From: a virus
Lineage: Duplodnaviria > Heunggongvirae > Uroviricota > Caudoviricetes
DNA length: 40,559 bases
IMG/VR virus record: IMGVR_UViG_2541047813_000005
Span: 1-40,559 of that record
Strand: one strand, 5' to 3'
The notes under the pieces are model-generated. The model made no database searches, was not told the DNA's origin, and worked only from the letters and a program-made list of their open reading frames with translations. Below, piece after piece: positions 25,766 to 34,180 of the stretch. The first letter of the stretch is position 1, and every line of letters begins with the position of its first letter. The translations under genes were made by a program, and so were the position numbers.

Positions 25766-26584
25766 ATGAAAAACTTCAAGGTAATTAGCATGTTTGAATC
25801 GTTTAAAGAGCTGTTTTTATCTACTGCCAATACTGCCGTGAATCGAGCCAAAAACCCTGTGCTTGGTGCTTTTGTTATGTCCTGGTGCGCCTTCAACTGG
25901 AAATCAATTCTTTATCTATTTTTTAGCAAATCAAACATAATAGATAAAATTTCATATATCTCAGATAACAGCACATGGAAAACTGTTATGTTTTATCCAT
26001 GCTTATCTGTAATTGCTATCTGCTGCCTATTACCATGGGTAAACAATATCATTAACGTATGGCAAGCAAAGCCTCTTGATAATAATGACTCAATCGAAAA
26101 TCACCTGAAGGCAAGAAAAATCCAGCGTGAAACCAGACTGCAGAGGTTATTGGCTAAAAAAGATGTTACATACGACAAAGTTAAGACTGGCGCGGAAAAA
26201 GACATCCAAGAGATGAAAGAAGAGATTATTCGATCAAAGAATAGTATGGGGGAATTGACTGCCGAGTTGAAAGCTAAAGATGACGAATTGAGATCCGCCA
26301 GTGCTCAGTTAGCAGCTCTAAATCATTCATTAAAAGAGATATCGGAAACTCTGGGAAGAATGAATGAGGCATATAAGACCCTCCAAAATGATTTCGACGA
26401 ATACAAACTCAAATACCCTGAAAAATCTCAAATAAAAAGCCTTGCACTTGGCAACGGCCAAACAATTAGCAACTTTTTGGAGCAACACAACTTATCCGGA
26501 TTAAAATCTGGTAAGCCAAACGTTTTTAATAACTTTGGTGTTCTATCTGGATTATCAGGTTTCGATGATAAAAATAAAGACTAA
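25766..26584 (+). CDS. Cargo (moron) protein: N-terminal hydrophobic/membrane region plus long coiled coil; function unknown, candidate exclusion/abortive-infection factor
   Basis: ORF 25694..26584, probable start ATG 25766; AT-rich codon usage unlike flanking late genes; opposite strand; stop overlaps terL stop convergently. Confidence 0.5.
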   Translation: MKNFKVISMFESFKELFLSTANTAVNRAKNPVLGAFVMSWCAFNWKSILYLFFSKSNIIDKISYISDNSTWKTVMFYPCLSVIAICCLLPWVNNIINVWQAKPLDNNDSIENHLKARKIQRETRLQRLLAKKDVTYDKVKTGAEKDIQEMKEEIIRSKNSMGELTAELKAKDDELRSASAQLAALNHSLKEISETLGRMNEAYKTLQNDFDEYKLKYPEKSQIKSLALGNGQTISNFLEQHNLSGLKSGKPNVFNNFGVLSGLSGFDDKNKD

Positions 26585-28056
26585 GCATATGGATCGTACT
26601 CGGTAAGCGACTTGCCTTGCTGGTTCTGCTGCCCGGGAATTCGCAGACGCTTCGACACAGGGAACGCAAACGTCAGCAGTAGCGCATCGCCTTTACCAGG
26701 AGAACGCCCAAGCCGCTCTTTGATATCTTCCTTCGGTTCGATAACGATTTTACCGTCCACGCGAACTTTGTACTCTGCCGCCGACAGGTCGTCCGCTGTT
26801 TCCTGGTCATCCAGCATGCCGCCCAGCCTCAGCCATGTCTTGCATGAGTTGAACATCTCCCCACGCTTGTTGAGCATCTGCGGGTCAGTAGACGCGCCAC
26901 CGAACGGAACAAGTTGCCATGTGCGCCCCCAACCGTCACCGATTGACTTCAGCCCGGTACCGTAACCGAAGTCGATGAACACCGCGTCAGCCTGATACTT
27001 GTCTTCAAAGTCAGCGATACGCTTTGCCATAATCAGATCGTCAGTGGTCTTGTTGCCGGTCCACAGCACCTTACTGTGCAGCCCCTGCCGCAGGTATATC
27101 ACAGCGTCATCAACGCCGGAGTATGCCGGGTCAACGCCGATTATCACCGGAGCATGTGCAACCTGCGCAGCGGTTACCACCCGTTTCATTGCCTCGTCAG
27201 TAAGGCCGGTAGGGATAAACTGCAATTCAGATGCATCCGGGAATATACCGCGCACACGGATTTTAACGAAGTCGCTGTCTTCCCCGTAGTCATCAACCCA
27301 TTTCTGCAACTGCTGTTTGTTAGTGCCTTCCACCGTCCGGCTGTCAATCTGCGCAGTTTTCCAGCGGTGTTTATATTTGCGGAAACATTCGCGAAAACGC
27401 CCGGTGTTACGTGTAGGGTTTCCGAACGCCACCCAAATAATCTCAGTGTCTTCGTCCGTAAGCGCACCCTCGGCAACTTCCCACACCAGATCCGCAATGT
27501 TCGACGCTTCATCAAACACCACGATGATGCGTTTGCGCTCGTTGTGTAGTCCGGCGAATGCCTCGGTGTTGTGCTCAGACCAGGGTATTGCGTCAGCCCG
27601 CCACCGCTTGTCGTGCCCTAGGTCATTGCTGTACATCGCGGTAGCGGTACAGGTAAACCAGTCTTTCGTGATAGCAAGGTTCGACCACTTGATAATTTCC
27701 GGCCAGGTCTTCGTTCGTAGCTGGTTGTCGGTGTTGGCGGTCACCACGACCTTACAATCCTCGCAAGTGGACATGCCCCAGTTGATCAGCATTGAGATGA
27801 ATGCGGATTTACCAATACCGTGACCAGAAGCGCGTGCCAGCATAAGCGGCTGATAGCGCGTCTCTGGATTCTGCAGGTGATCACGTATCTCTCGGAACGC
27901 ATCGGCCTGCCACTGACGTGGACCGGTGGCATGTGCCAGTTCAGTCCCCTCTTCCCCCCACGGGAACGCATAGAGGGCATAACCAAGCGGATCGTGAGTG
28001 AACCCTGCAATATCCTCGATCAACTGCTCTTCAGGAGATAACGCTGTATCTTTCAC
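26581..28056 (-). CDS. Terminase large subunit
   Basis: 491 aa; ATPase-like N-terminal region and nuclease-like C-terminal region; overlaps terS stop by 4 nt. Confidence 0.8.
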   Translation of the reverse strand: MKDTALSPEEQLIEDIAGFTHDPLGYALYAFPWGEEGTELAHATGPRQWQADAFREIRDHLQNPETRYQPLMLARASGHGIGKSAFISMLINWGMSTCEDCKVVVTANTDNQLRTKTWPEIIKWSNLAITKDWFTCTATAMYSNDLGHDKRWRADAIPWSEHNTEAFAGLHNERKRIIVVFDEASNIADLVWEVAEGALTDEDTEIIWVAFGNPTRNTGRFRECFRKYKHRWKTAQIDSRTVEGTNKQQLQKWVDDYGEDSDFVKIRVRGIFPDASELQFIPTGLTDEAMKRVVTAAQVAHAPVIIGVDPAYSGVDDAVIYLRQGLHSKVLWTGNKTTDDLIMAKRIADFEDKYQADAVFIDFGYGTGLKSIGDGWGRTWQLVPFGGASTDPQMLNKRGEMFNSCKTWLRLGGMLDDQETADDLSAAEYKVRVDGKIVIEPKEDIKERLGRSPGKGDALLLTFAFPVSKRLRIPGQQNQQGKSLTEYDPYA

Positions 28057-28649
28057 TGATTACCATCCTGACGTTCTTTGAGTCGCTTCCTGGCTGCTGC
28101 TATGCGATCAGCAATTGTCACATTCACATTAACATCCAGACGTTCTTTGAACGCGTTGACATCAACATGCTTACCAATCAGTTCGAGGTTCTTCACCTTG
28201 TCAGGCCATTTAATTTTTTTGAGGATTGTCTCTATCGAATCCTCGTTCATGTTCATGATGGTCGATGACAGATCAAAGCCACTAAGCGTAGTGCGCCAGA
28301 TTTTCGGCCACTCGCGGATTGGCTTAAGGCTCCCATCGTCGTTGAGGATGTCGATCACGTCCATCTGGTCGATCTCCACCAGGCGCATGAGAACGTAATC
28401 AGCACTGACGCGCATTCGTTTGTTGCGCTCCTCCATCAACTCGGCAATCCGTTTTTGAATGCGTTCATCGCGCATCATGACACTGGCTTTAACTGCCGCT
28501 GTATTTGGGGAGAATCCTGCGTTAATCGCTGCCTGAGTCTGGTTTTCAGGCGTTTTGATGTATGACTGGCAATAAGCCTCCTGCATTGCTGTTAGTGGCT
28601 TAAATTGCGTTGATTTGCGTTTATAGGTTTTAGGTTCAGCAGGCATCAT
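28053..28649 (-). CDS. Terminase small subunit
   Basis: ORF 28053..28745; likely start at internal Met (28649); 'AINAGFSPNTAAVKASVMMRD' resembles terminase small-subunit DNA-binding region. Confidence 0.65.
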   Translation of the reverse strand: MMPAEPKTYKRKSTQFKPLTAMQEAYCQSYIKTPENQTQAAINAGFSPNTAAVKASVMMRDERIQKRIAELMEERNKRMRVSADYVLMRLVEIDQMDVIDILNDDGSLKPIREWPKIWRTTLSGFDLSSTIMNMNEDSIETILKKIKWPDKVKNLELIGKHVDVNAFKERLDVNVNVTIADRIAAARKRLKERQDGNQ

Positions 28650-28758
28650 AACCACCGTGGTAATAGTTACCGTTGTGGTAATAGTACCATGCAAAATAAA
28701 GCCGCCATAGTTGGCGGCAGTATTCAAAACCATCAAATTCATCATGCATAATCTACTC

Positions 28759-28770
28759 GTGACATGTCAC
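28759..28770. repeat. 12-bp perfect palindrome GTGACATGTCAC (copy 2)
   Basis: Identical to 8554..8565; overlaps the stop codon of the upstream minus-strand gene in the same register. Confidence 0.6.
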
Positions 28771-29114
28771 ACTATTAATTTCGTTTCATGCCAGCCTTTA
28801 GTCACCCAGCATTGCGAGTCACCATTACACGGGCATGAATTAACTGGAACTCTCTCGCCGCACTTACCGCAACGTTTTCTGCTGATCGATTTTATACGCC
28901 CGCGCACGCGTGCATCATCCTGGCGGATCAGTAACGCTATATACTCACCAAATTCGTAAGGCGCACGCCCGGGGCGACGCGTGGCACAGTTACGCTCCAG
29001 CATTTCAATTTCCTGAGCATCAAGCACAATTTCCAGCTTACGCACACCAGATGCAGCTTGTCTGGCTCTCTGAGCGGCTTTGCGCTCTGCGGGGGATTTA
29101 GCCACGAATCGCAC
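28767..29114 (-). CDS. Small Cys-rich (zinc-ribbon-like) protein, possible late-gene regulator
   Basis: 115 aa; C-terminal 'CGKCGERVPVNSCPCNGDSQC'; immediately upstream of terS. Confidence 0.45.
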   Translation of the reverse strand: MRFVAKSPAERKAAQRARQAASGVRKLEIVLDAQEIEMLERNCATRRPGRAPYEFGEYIALLIRQDDARVRGRIKSISRKRCGKCGERVPVNSCPCNGDSQCWVTKGWHETKLIV

Positions 29115-29219
29115 TCCACGCCAGATTGATTAATGACTCCCAGGTAATATAAACCCGGATACCAGCAGCCAGGCCGAAACCAATCACCATGGCATAAAGC
29201 AGAGCGTTGCACTTGTCCA

Positions 29220-30035
29220 TCACTTCACCTCCTGCGGCGGTTCTGGTAACGGCATCCAGTACAAGGCGTTCCCTAACCACGATAAAGTGCCGTCGCTCAA
29301 CTCCACGTATTCCCCTTGTACCTGTCCTGCCATATACTCGCCGTGCTTTGAATAAATTAAAATCCAATCATCTTGAGCGGGCATTCGCTCACTACAGCTT
29401 ATCCAACCATCCGGAGTTACCGGAGAGTTGCCATTCACAAGGTCAGCTCGAACATATAGTGTGTCATCATGGTGCTGATTGTGGCTGCACCACGTTAATT
29501 CGCTTAACTCGCCATCTTCTGGCCATACTCCAGCTGTTTGCAGCCAGATATGGGCTGGCGCATCTTGGCAAGGTGTATTAACTGGCAACTTGTAAGTTTG
29601 GCTTACAGGTTGGCTACCCTGAAGCATGGCAGCGTGGCAGGCATCCTCAACGTTCTTCACTGCATCTGCGCAGTAGTTATAGCGATTGCATTCCACTAAT
29701 TTCTGCTTGAGGTTTTCAATTGCTAACTCGATTTCATCCGGCACTACCGGCTCTGGTTGGATAGTGACGTTGGCAAAGGCAGCACGCAAACCGGCCTTAA
29801 TTTCCTCTACTTCATCAGCGCCTAGCGATGAATCTGACAATGCGTGATGGAATGCGTAAGCCATGTCGTCGTTGATTTCTACAGGCACACTATCAGCCTT
29901 GCGGCGCTCCTGTAGCTCGCGCAGAGCCGCTGCAACATAATGACTATTGTGCTGGTCAGCCCACAGAATGAGCCGAATCAACGTTGCATTTGAAACGTAT
30001 TCGTCTGTTAGTTTGCTATTGGTAAAAGTGGTCAT
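29220..30035 (-). CDS. DUF551-like phage protein (hypothetical)
   Basis: 271 aa; C-terminal 'WMPLPEPP' motif recalled as typical of DUF551 proteins of enterobacterial prophages. Confidence 0.5.
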   Translation of the reverse strand: MTTFTNSKLTDEYVSNATLIRLILWADQHNSHYVAAALRELQERRKADSVPVEINDDMAYAFHHALSDSSLGADEVEEIKAGLRAAFANVTIQPEPVVPDEIELAIENLKQKLVECNRYNYCADAVKNVEDACHAAMLQGSQPVSQTYKLPVNTPCQDAPAHIWLQTAGVWPEDGELSELTWCSHNQHHDDTLYVRADLVNGNSPVTPDGWISCSERMPAQDDWILIYSKHGEYMAGQVQGEYVELSDGTLSWLGNALYWMPLPEPPQEVK

Positions 30036-30397
30036 GCTGTAGCCCCTTCTTGATATTTTTCAAACCAGAACACAACCGGGTCAGATTTCATTTCAACCAA
30101 TCCCATACGAACCAGCGCCTTGCCTTTCCCGGACGCAAGGAATTCACGACGACCATCACTGATAATTCGCCGATAATCTTCCAGGCTACTGCAATGCTTG
30201 TGCAGATTGCATGGGTGGCATGCCGGAACCATGTTGGATATATCGTCACGATCCTGGTGAAGCATATTTCCAGCAAAACGAATGACCGGTTTTACGTGGT
30301 CTGCGTGCCACTTTTCGCCAAGTTCGCAGCCGCAATAAGCACAGCGACCGCCGAACTTCATGCGTAATTCTGCACGTTGTTTTTTCGTCAGTGCCAT
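30032..30397 (-). CDS. HNH endonuclease
   Basis: ORF 30032..30487; likely start at Met 30397 (AAGGAAAA RBS); 'CAYCGC...HADHVKP...N...CHPCN' HNH motif. Confidence 0.7.
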   Translation of the reverse strand: MALTKKQRAELRMKFGGRCAYCGCELGEKWHADHVKPVIRFAGNMLHQDRDDISNMVPACHPCNLHKHCSSLEDYRRIISDGRREFLASGKGKALVRMGLVEMKSDPVVFWFEKYQEGATA

Positions 30398-30398
30398 T

Positions 30399-30659
30399 TC
30401 AGTTTTCCTTATATGGATTAATTTTATTGTGCAGTGTATTGAACGACGCCCATACCACGTCGTTATACAATTCAATAACTGGCTCAATTATTTTCCCGAT
30501 TCCCCATACCAGAATTAACGGGGATATCGGTATCATCAATACGATAAACAGAATGAGAAACAGGAATTCTGTCGTTCTACTCTTTCGCGGATATTCTTTT
30601 CTGAATAATGTCGGCACATCACTCTCCTTTGATGCGAATGCCAGCGGCACGGGAATCAT
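30399..30659 (-). CDS. Small membrane protein (hypothetical)
   Basis: 86-aa ORF with TM segment 'FLFLILFIVLMIPISPLILVWGIG'; its stop lies 1 nt from the HNH start; weak RBS. Confidence 0.3.
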   Translation of the reverse strand: MIPVPLAFASKESDVPTLFRKEYPRKSRTTEFLFLILFIVLMIPISPLILVWGIGKIIEPVIELYNDVVWASFNTLHNKINPYKEN

Positions 30660-31311
30660 TCCATCGCTTTACTTCTTCACGAATTACGTCAATGCATTCT
30701 TTCGAATCCATTAGGTAATCTTCATCAAAAAGCCTTTCCTGTTCGTTTTCTATCGCAACAATGATTGCTTCAACTAACTTTTGTGCCTGAGAACCACTTT
30801 CTAACTCTGCAATGCGCTTCTCTGCGGCTTCCAGCTTCTCGCGCATATCGTCAACGTACTCGACCAGAGATCCGCCAGCAGGAATTTCGCACTCCTCGAC
30901 CAGTTGGAAGTAGATATCAGCTGCGGCCCGTGTGTTGCTATGCCTAGCGTCGCCCATCTCACCTTCACGAAGAGCATCGCGTTCGGCGGTAAGATTGGCT
31001 ATTTTGCTGTCTTTGCCTTCCAGCTCAACGCGAAGCCTCCCTACCGTTAGCGCAATATCCTCGTTCTCCTGGTCGCGGCGTTTTATGTATTGCTGGTTTC
31101 TTTCCCGTTCATCCAGCAGTGCCAAAGCAATCTTTGGATTAAAGGCAGCAATAAATTCAGCGTTGTTTTTCAGAACGTGTTGCGCAATGGCCTGACTACT
31201 TAGTCGGACCTCATAACCACGTGCGCCACGGTGTGGTTTATATGAGTCCCAGTCTCCCCACGTTGCCTTCTCTGCCGCCTCACGCAGTGCCTGGTAATTA
31301 ATTTCGCTCAC
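30619..31311 (-). CDS. Ea22-like family protein
   Basis: 230 aa; N-terminus 'MSEINYQALREAAEKATWGDW' resembles ead/Ea22-like prophage proteins; coiled-coil middle. Confidence 0.55.
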   Translation of the reverse strand: MSEINYQALREAAEKATWGDWDSYKPHRGARGYEVRLSSQAIAQHVLKNNAEFIAAFNPKIALALLDERERNQQYIKRRDQENEDIALTVGRLRVELEGKDSKIANLTAERDALREGEMGDARHSNTRAAADIYFQLVEECEIPAGGSLVEYVDDMREKLEAAEKRIAELESGSQAQKLVEAIIVAIENEQERLFDEDYLMDSKECIDVIREEVKRWNDSRAAGIRIKGE

Positions 31312-31757
31312 TGGTTGCCTCCTTTGCGTAGCTCGGCGGCAAAAGCTACTGCGTGATCATGATGTTCAAGTGTGTATGCACACTCCGCAAACATCTCCAC
31401 GCCTTGCGCTCGTACTTCAGCCAGAAAAGCATCGGTGGCTGGGGTGTCTGATTGCATAGACTTTGCGCGATAGTCATTCCACCCTCTTGCATACATGGGA
31501 TTAACTTGCACTCCATCTTTTACACAATATGCCTGCCCTCCACGGTTGATAACCTTGATTTCGTCCATAGCGCCAGACTTCATCCCCGCATTCTCCGCTG
31601 CCAGCGCATTAGCACGCACCAGTTGCACTTCCAGTTGCGTTGCCAAATCGCTGATCAGTTTTGCCACACTACGCATATCAACGGCACCACATTCTGCTTT
31701 CAGTTCCGAAGCCATCTCATGCCCGGCGGCAACTAACCCTTTGATATTACTTTCCAT
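31308..31757 (-). CDS. Hypothetical phage protein
   Basis: 149 aa, overlaps the Ea22-like start by 4 nt. Confidence 0.5.
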   Translation of the reverse strand: MESNIKGLVAAGHEMASELKAECGAVDMRSVAKLISDLATQLEVQLVRANALAAENAGMKSGAMDEIKVINRGGQAYCVKDGVQVNPMYARGWNDYRAKSMQSDTPATDAFLAEVRAQGVEMFAECAYTLEHHDHAVAFAAELRKGGNQ

Positions 31758-31818
31758 CTTTACCCTCGCTTATCCACATAACTTATTGATTACATTGATA
31801 ACTAAAAAGATCGTCGAT

Positions 31819-32163
31819 TCAGAACTCTTCGATGTTCCAGCCACCACCTGCTTTCTTTGGCTTAACCGTTACCCCGATGATTCGGAACGGATACTGATCT
31901 GCGGCGACTTTGGTTTTCACCCTGGCGTCGTCGGTCCAGAAACCTTTCACTTCGTGCAGTTCCATCTCGCCGGTGGCGAGCATCACAGCAAAATCGGGCG
32001 TATAGAACGTGTTGTCAGCTAACCGCAGCTTGATACCCTCGAATCGATACCAGGCGATTTCCCCTGCACGTTTACGCAGCTCAAGGTGCTGGCAATACGC
32101 AGATTCTGTTTTGTTCATCTGGCCTGTTTTGAGTCGACCAAGAGCCTGTATCTGTTTTCTCAT
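31819..32163 (-). CDS. DUF1064-like phage protein (hypothetical)
   Basis: 114 aa; recalled similarity to DUF1064 proteins found next to lambdoid replication genes; operator-like dyad abuts its start codon. Confidence 0.5.
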   Translation of the reverse strand: MRKQIQALGRLKTGQMNKTESAYCQHLELRKRAGEIAWYRFEGIKLRLADNTFYTPDFAVMLATGEMELHEVKGFWTDDARVKTKVAADQYPFRIIGVTVKPKKAGGGWNIEEF

Positions 32164-32166
32164 GAT

Positions 32167-32181
32167 TTACCTCTAAGGTAA
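32167..32181. promoter_or_regulatory. Operator-like dyad TTACC-TCTAA-GGTAA abutting start codon of the DUF1064-like gene
   Basis: On the minus strand reads TTACCTTAGAGGTAA-ATC-ATG. Confidence 0.45.
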
Positions 32182-32228
32182 TTAAAAACCACATAAGACA
32201 CGAAATCAATAGAGTTTAGAATATTTTA

Positions 32229-32243
32229 TTACCTGATAGGTAA
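32229..32243. promoter_or_regulatory. Operator-like dyad ATTACC-TGATA-GGTAAT
   Basis: Perfect dyad in the 117-bp gap between the P-like and DUF1064-like genes. Confidence 0.45.
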
Positions 32244-32280
32244 TTGTTGAGACGTAAAAAAATGCGCTATCGCGCTGGTA

Positions 32281-33081
32281 TTACTTGATAAATCCTGCCG
32301 CCTTTCCCCGCTTGTATTCCTCCATCAGCCACTGCGCTGGTGTTATTCCCCCAAGGGTGGCGGCGTTAGGCATGCACCCGAAACTTCGCCCTGGTGGATG
32401 GTAAACGTCTCTCCCTGTGTCCGGAGGTGTACTCATGGGTTCTGGCTTTGCCTGTATGCTGATCACCGGATCGGGTATCTGCTGTCCGGAAGCCACCTTT
32501 TTCGCCCAATCATCGAGCAGCCTGCGCGCGTGTTTCTCAACCTCAATCTCGCTAAGCTGGCGCTGATACATTGCACGGCGGGTATCACATACGACCCAGT
32601 ACATAACCGGATGTCGCCACGGGAATCTTTCGGGACCACCAGGATATAAACTTTTTTCCTTGCTGTACCGGTGAAACTCCGCCATCACATCGTCAATGGT
32701 GACGCCAAGAACCATCTTGCTGTCTTTACACCACTTGATGAATTGCCCTGGCGACGGCCAGAACGGAGATTCACTGGCGCGGGCGTGGCGCATACCAGCA
32801 GAAACCTGTTCACGGGTACGTATTCCCCCTTCGGCAAACGCAGCAATCCACTGCTGTTTTGCAGCAACTTCCTGCTCTGGCGTCTTCAGGTTGGTTACCA
32901 CTGCCGCCGGAAACAGTTGTTTCAGCTGTTTGAAAAGGGCATCAACAAGCCTCTCTGCTGACATGTTCACCACATTGTCATTGTTGACGTACTGATGCTC
33001 ATAACCTGACATGCGAGAAAGGGCTTCTCCGTCACGGTTTTGTATCGCGGTAAAAACGTTGTTCACAAGAAATCCTCCCAC
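32281..33081 (-). CDS. Replication protein P-like (helicase loader)
   Basis: 266 aa; 'GMRHARASESPFWPSPGQFIKWC' closely parallels lambda P 'GMRVARRQNRPFLPSPGQFVAWC' (from memory). Confidence 0.75.
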   Translation of the reverse strand: MGGFLVNNVFTAIQNRDGEALSRMSGYEHQYVNNDNVVNMSAERLVDALFKQLKQLFPAAVVTNLKTPEQEVAAKQQWIAAFAEGGIRTREQVSAGMRHARASESPFWPSPGQFIKWCKDSKMVLGVTIDDVMAEFHRYSKEKSLYPGGPERFPWRHPVMYWVVCDTRRAMYQRQLSEIEVEKHARRLLDDWAKKVASGQQIPDPVISIQAKPEPMSTPPDTGRDVYHPPGRSFGCMPNAATLGGITPAQWLMEEYKRGKAAGFIK

Positions 33082-33860
33082 GCTTCAGGGCTGTTCCAGT
33101 GCGGAACGTTGTTATCAGGTAATGTTGATTGCTTCTGTCTGCTAATCTGCAGCCGCCTTGCCAGCTTCTGCTCCCACTGTGCCTGATGGTATGCCTTACC
33201 CTCAGCCATCCAGTAAATTCTGAACTCTGCAAGTTCCTGTGCCGTTGGCAGACTGTCCAGGTAGATCCCCTGCAATGAGCTTTTCCGAAGAAAGTCATCT
33301 GATGGGTGCCATTGTTCATGCATGACAAATTTGCCTAATTGCCCTGGCCCACCAGGAGGAACAAAGTTATTCATCACGGCGTTGTTTGCGCCGGGGTCAT
33401 GAGGCACAGAATCCCCGGTTTTTGTCCTGCTCTCCCTCTCTTGGTTAAATGACTGGTTATATGACTGGTTCTGGATCCCGTTTTTGGGATCATTCAACAT
33501 CCCGTTTTTGGGATCATTCAACATCCCGTTTTTGGGTATATTCCCGTTTTCGGGTTCATTATCCCCTTCCCGGTTGCCTTTAATGTTCCCGTTTTTGGTT
33601 ATATTAAGAGAGAAAACCCGCACTCTTTTCGTCGCTCCCTTTCTCTCTCCGGTATCTGAAATAAGCCCCATTTTCATGAGCGATATAAGTCCGGCCTGCA
33701 CGGTTTTTTTATTCAGGCAAGTGTCTTTAACGAGGCGTTCTATGCTGGGGTAGCAGAGGTTATATTCATCGGCTCTGTCAGCCATCGAGAGCAGTATGAG
33801 CTTTAATGACGAGCTACCTGGATCTGTCTCCCAGGCCCAATCTGTTGCATGTCTGCTCAT
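33063..33860 (-). CDS. Replication initiator (lambda O-like) with internal origin iterons
   Basis: 265 aa; N-terminal HTH-like region; direct DNA repeats inside the gene encode 'NDPKNGML' repeats; precedes the P-like gene with overlap. Confidence 0.65.
   Translation of the reverse strand: MSRHATDWAWETDPGSSSLKLILLSMADRADEYNLCYPSIERLVKDTCLNKKTVQAGLISLMKMGLISDTGERKGATKRVRVFSLNITKNGNIKGNREGDNEPENGNIPKNGMLNDPKNGMLNDPKNGIQNQSYNQSFNQERESRTKTGDSVPHDPGANNAVMNNFVPPGGPGQLGKFVMHEQWHPSDDFLRKSSLQGIYLDSLPTAQELAEFRIYWMAEGKAYHQAQWEQKLARRLQISRQKQSTLPDNNVPHWNSPEAWEDFL
33449..33607. repeat. Iteron array (putative replication origin)
   Basis: Two perfect 24-bp copies 'atcccgtttttgggatcattcaac' (33475..33498, 33499..33522) plus degenerate copies with core CCCGTTTT(T/C)GG; preceded by 2x 'atgactggtt'. 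Confidence 0.65.
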
Positions 33861-33875
33861 GATTAATCTCCGCTA

Positions 33876-34076
33876 TCAGCTTGAATGTTGTGGGGAGGAA
33901 TTAATCATGATCTGCTTAATCTCTGCCCTGATACGACGGTTTGATTCCATGGTGCACTCAACACAGTGTCCGTTGTAAACCCAGCGTTCACTGTCATGTC
34001 CGTGCTTACATGTTTTTCCGGTGTAGTAGCGTTTAAGTCCGCGCTTTGCGGCATCAATACGTGTAATGATTTCCAT
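33876..34076 (-). CDS. Small zinc-ribbon-like protein (hypothetical early regulator)
   Basis: ORF 33876..34139; likely start at Met 34076; 'CKHGH...NGHCVEC' Cys/His cluster. Confidence 0.4.
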   Translation of the reverse strand: MEIITRIDAAKRGLKRYYTGKTCKHGHDSERWVYNGHCVECTMESNRRIRAEIKQIMINSSPQHSS

Positions 34077-34156
34077 GGTAAGACCTGTTATTAGTATTGG
34101 GATTACGGTTATTTTGTGCTGACACAAAAAAAAGATCAACCAGATTTGGTTATTTA

Positions 34157-34171
34157 TTACCTTTGAGGTAC
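34157..34171. promoter_or_regulatory. Operator-like dyad TTACC-TTTGA-GGTAC
   Basis: Between cro-like gene and replication genes. Confidence 0.4.
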
Positions 34172-34180
34172 GAATAGATA

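Noticed and set aside
33449-33607. Direct repeats as a possible CRISPR array
   Set aside because: Repeats are contiguous without spacers, lie inside a replication-initiator ORF and encode a repeated peptide; they are iterons, not CRISPR repeats. No cas genes present.
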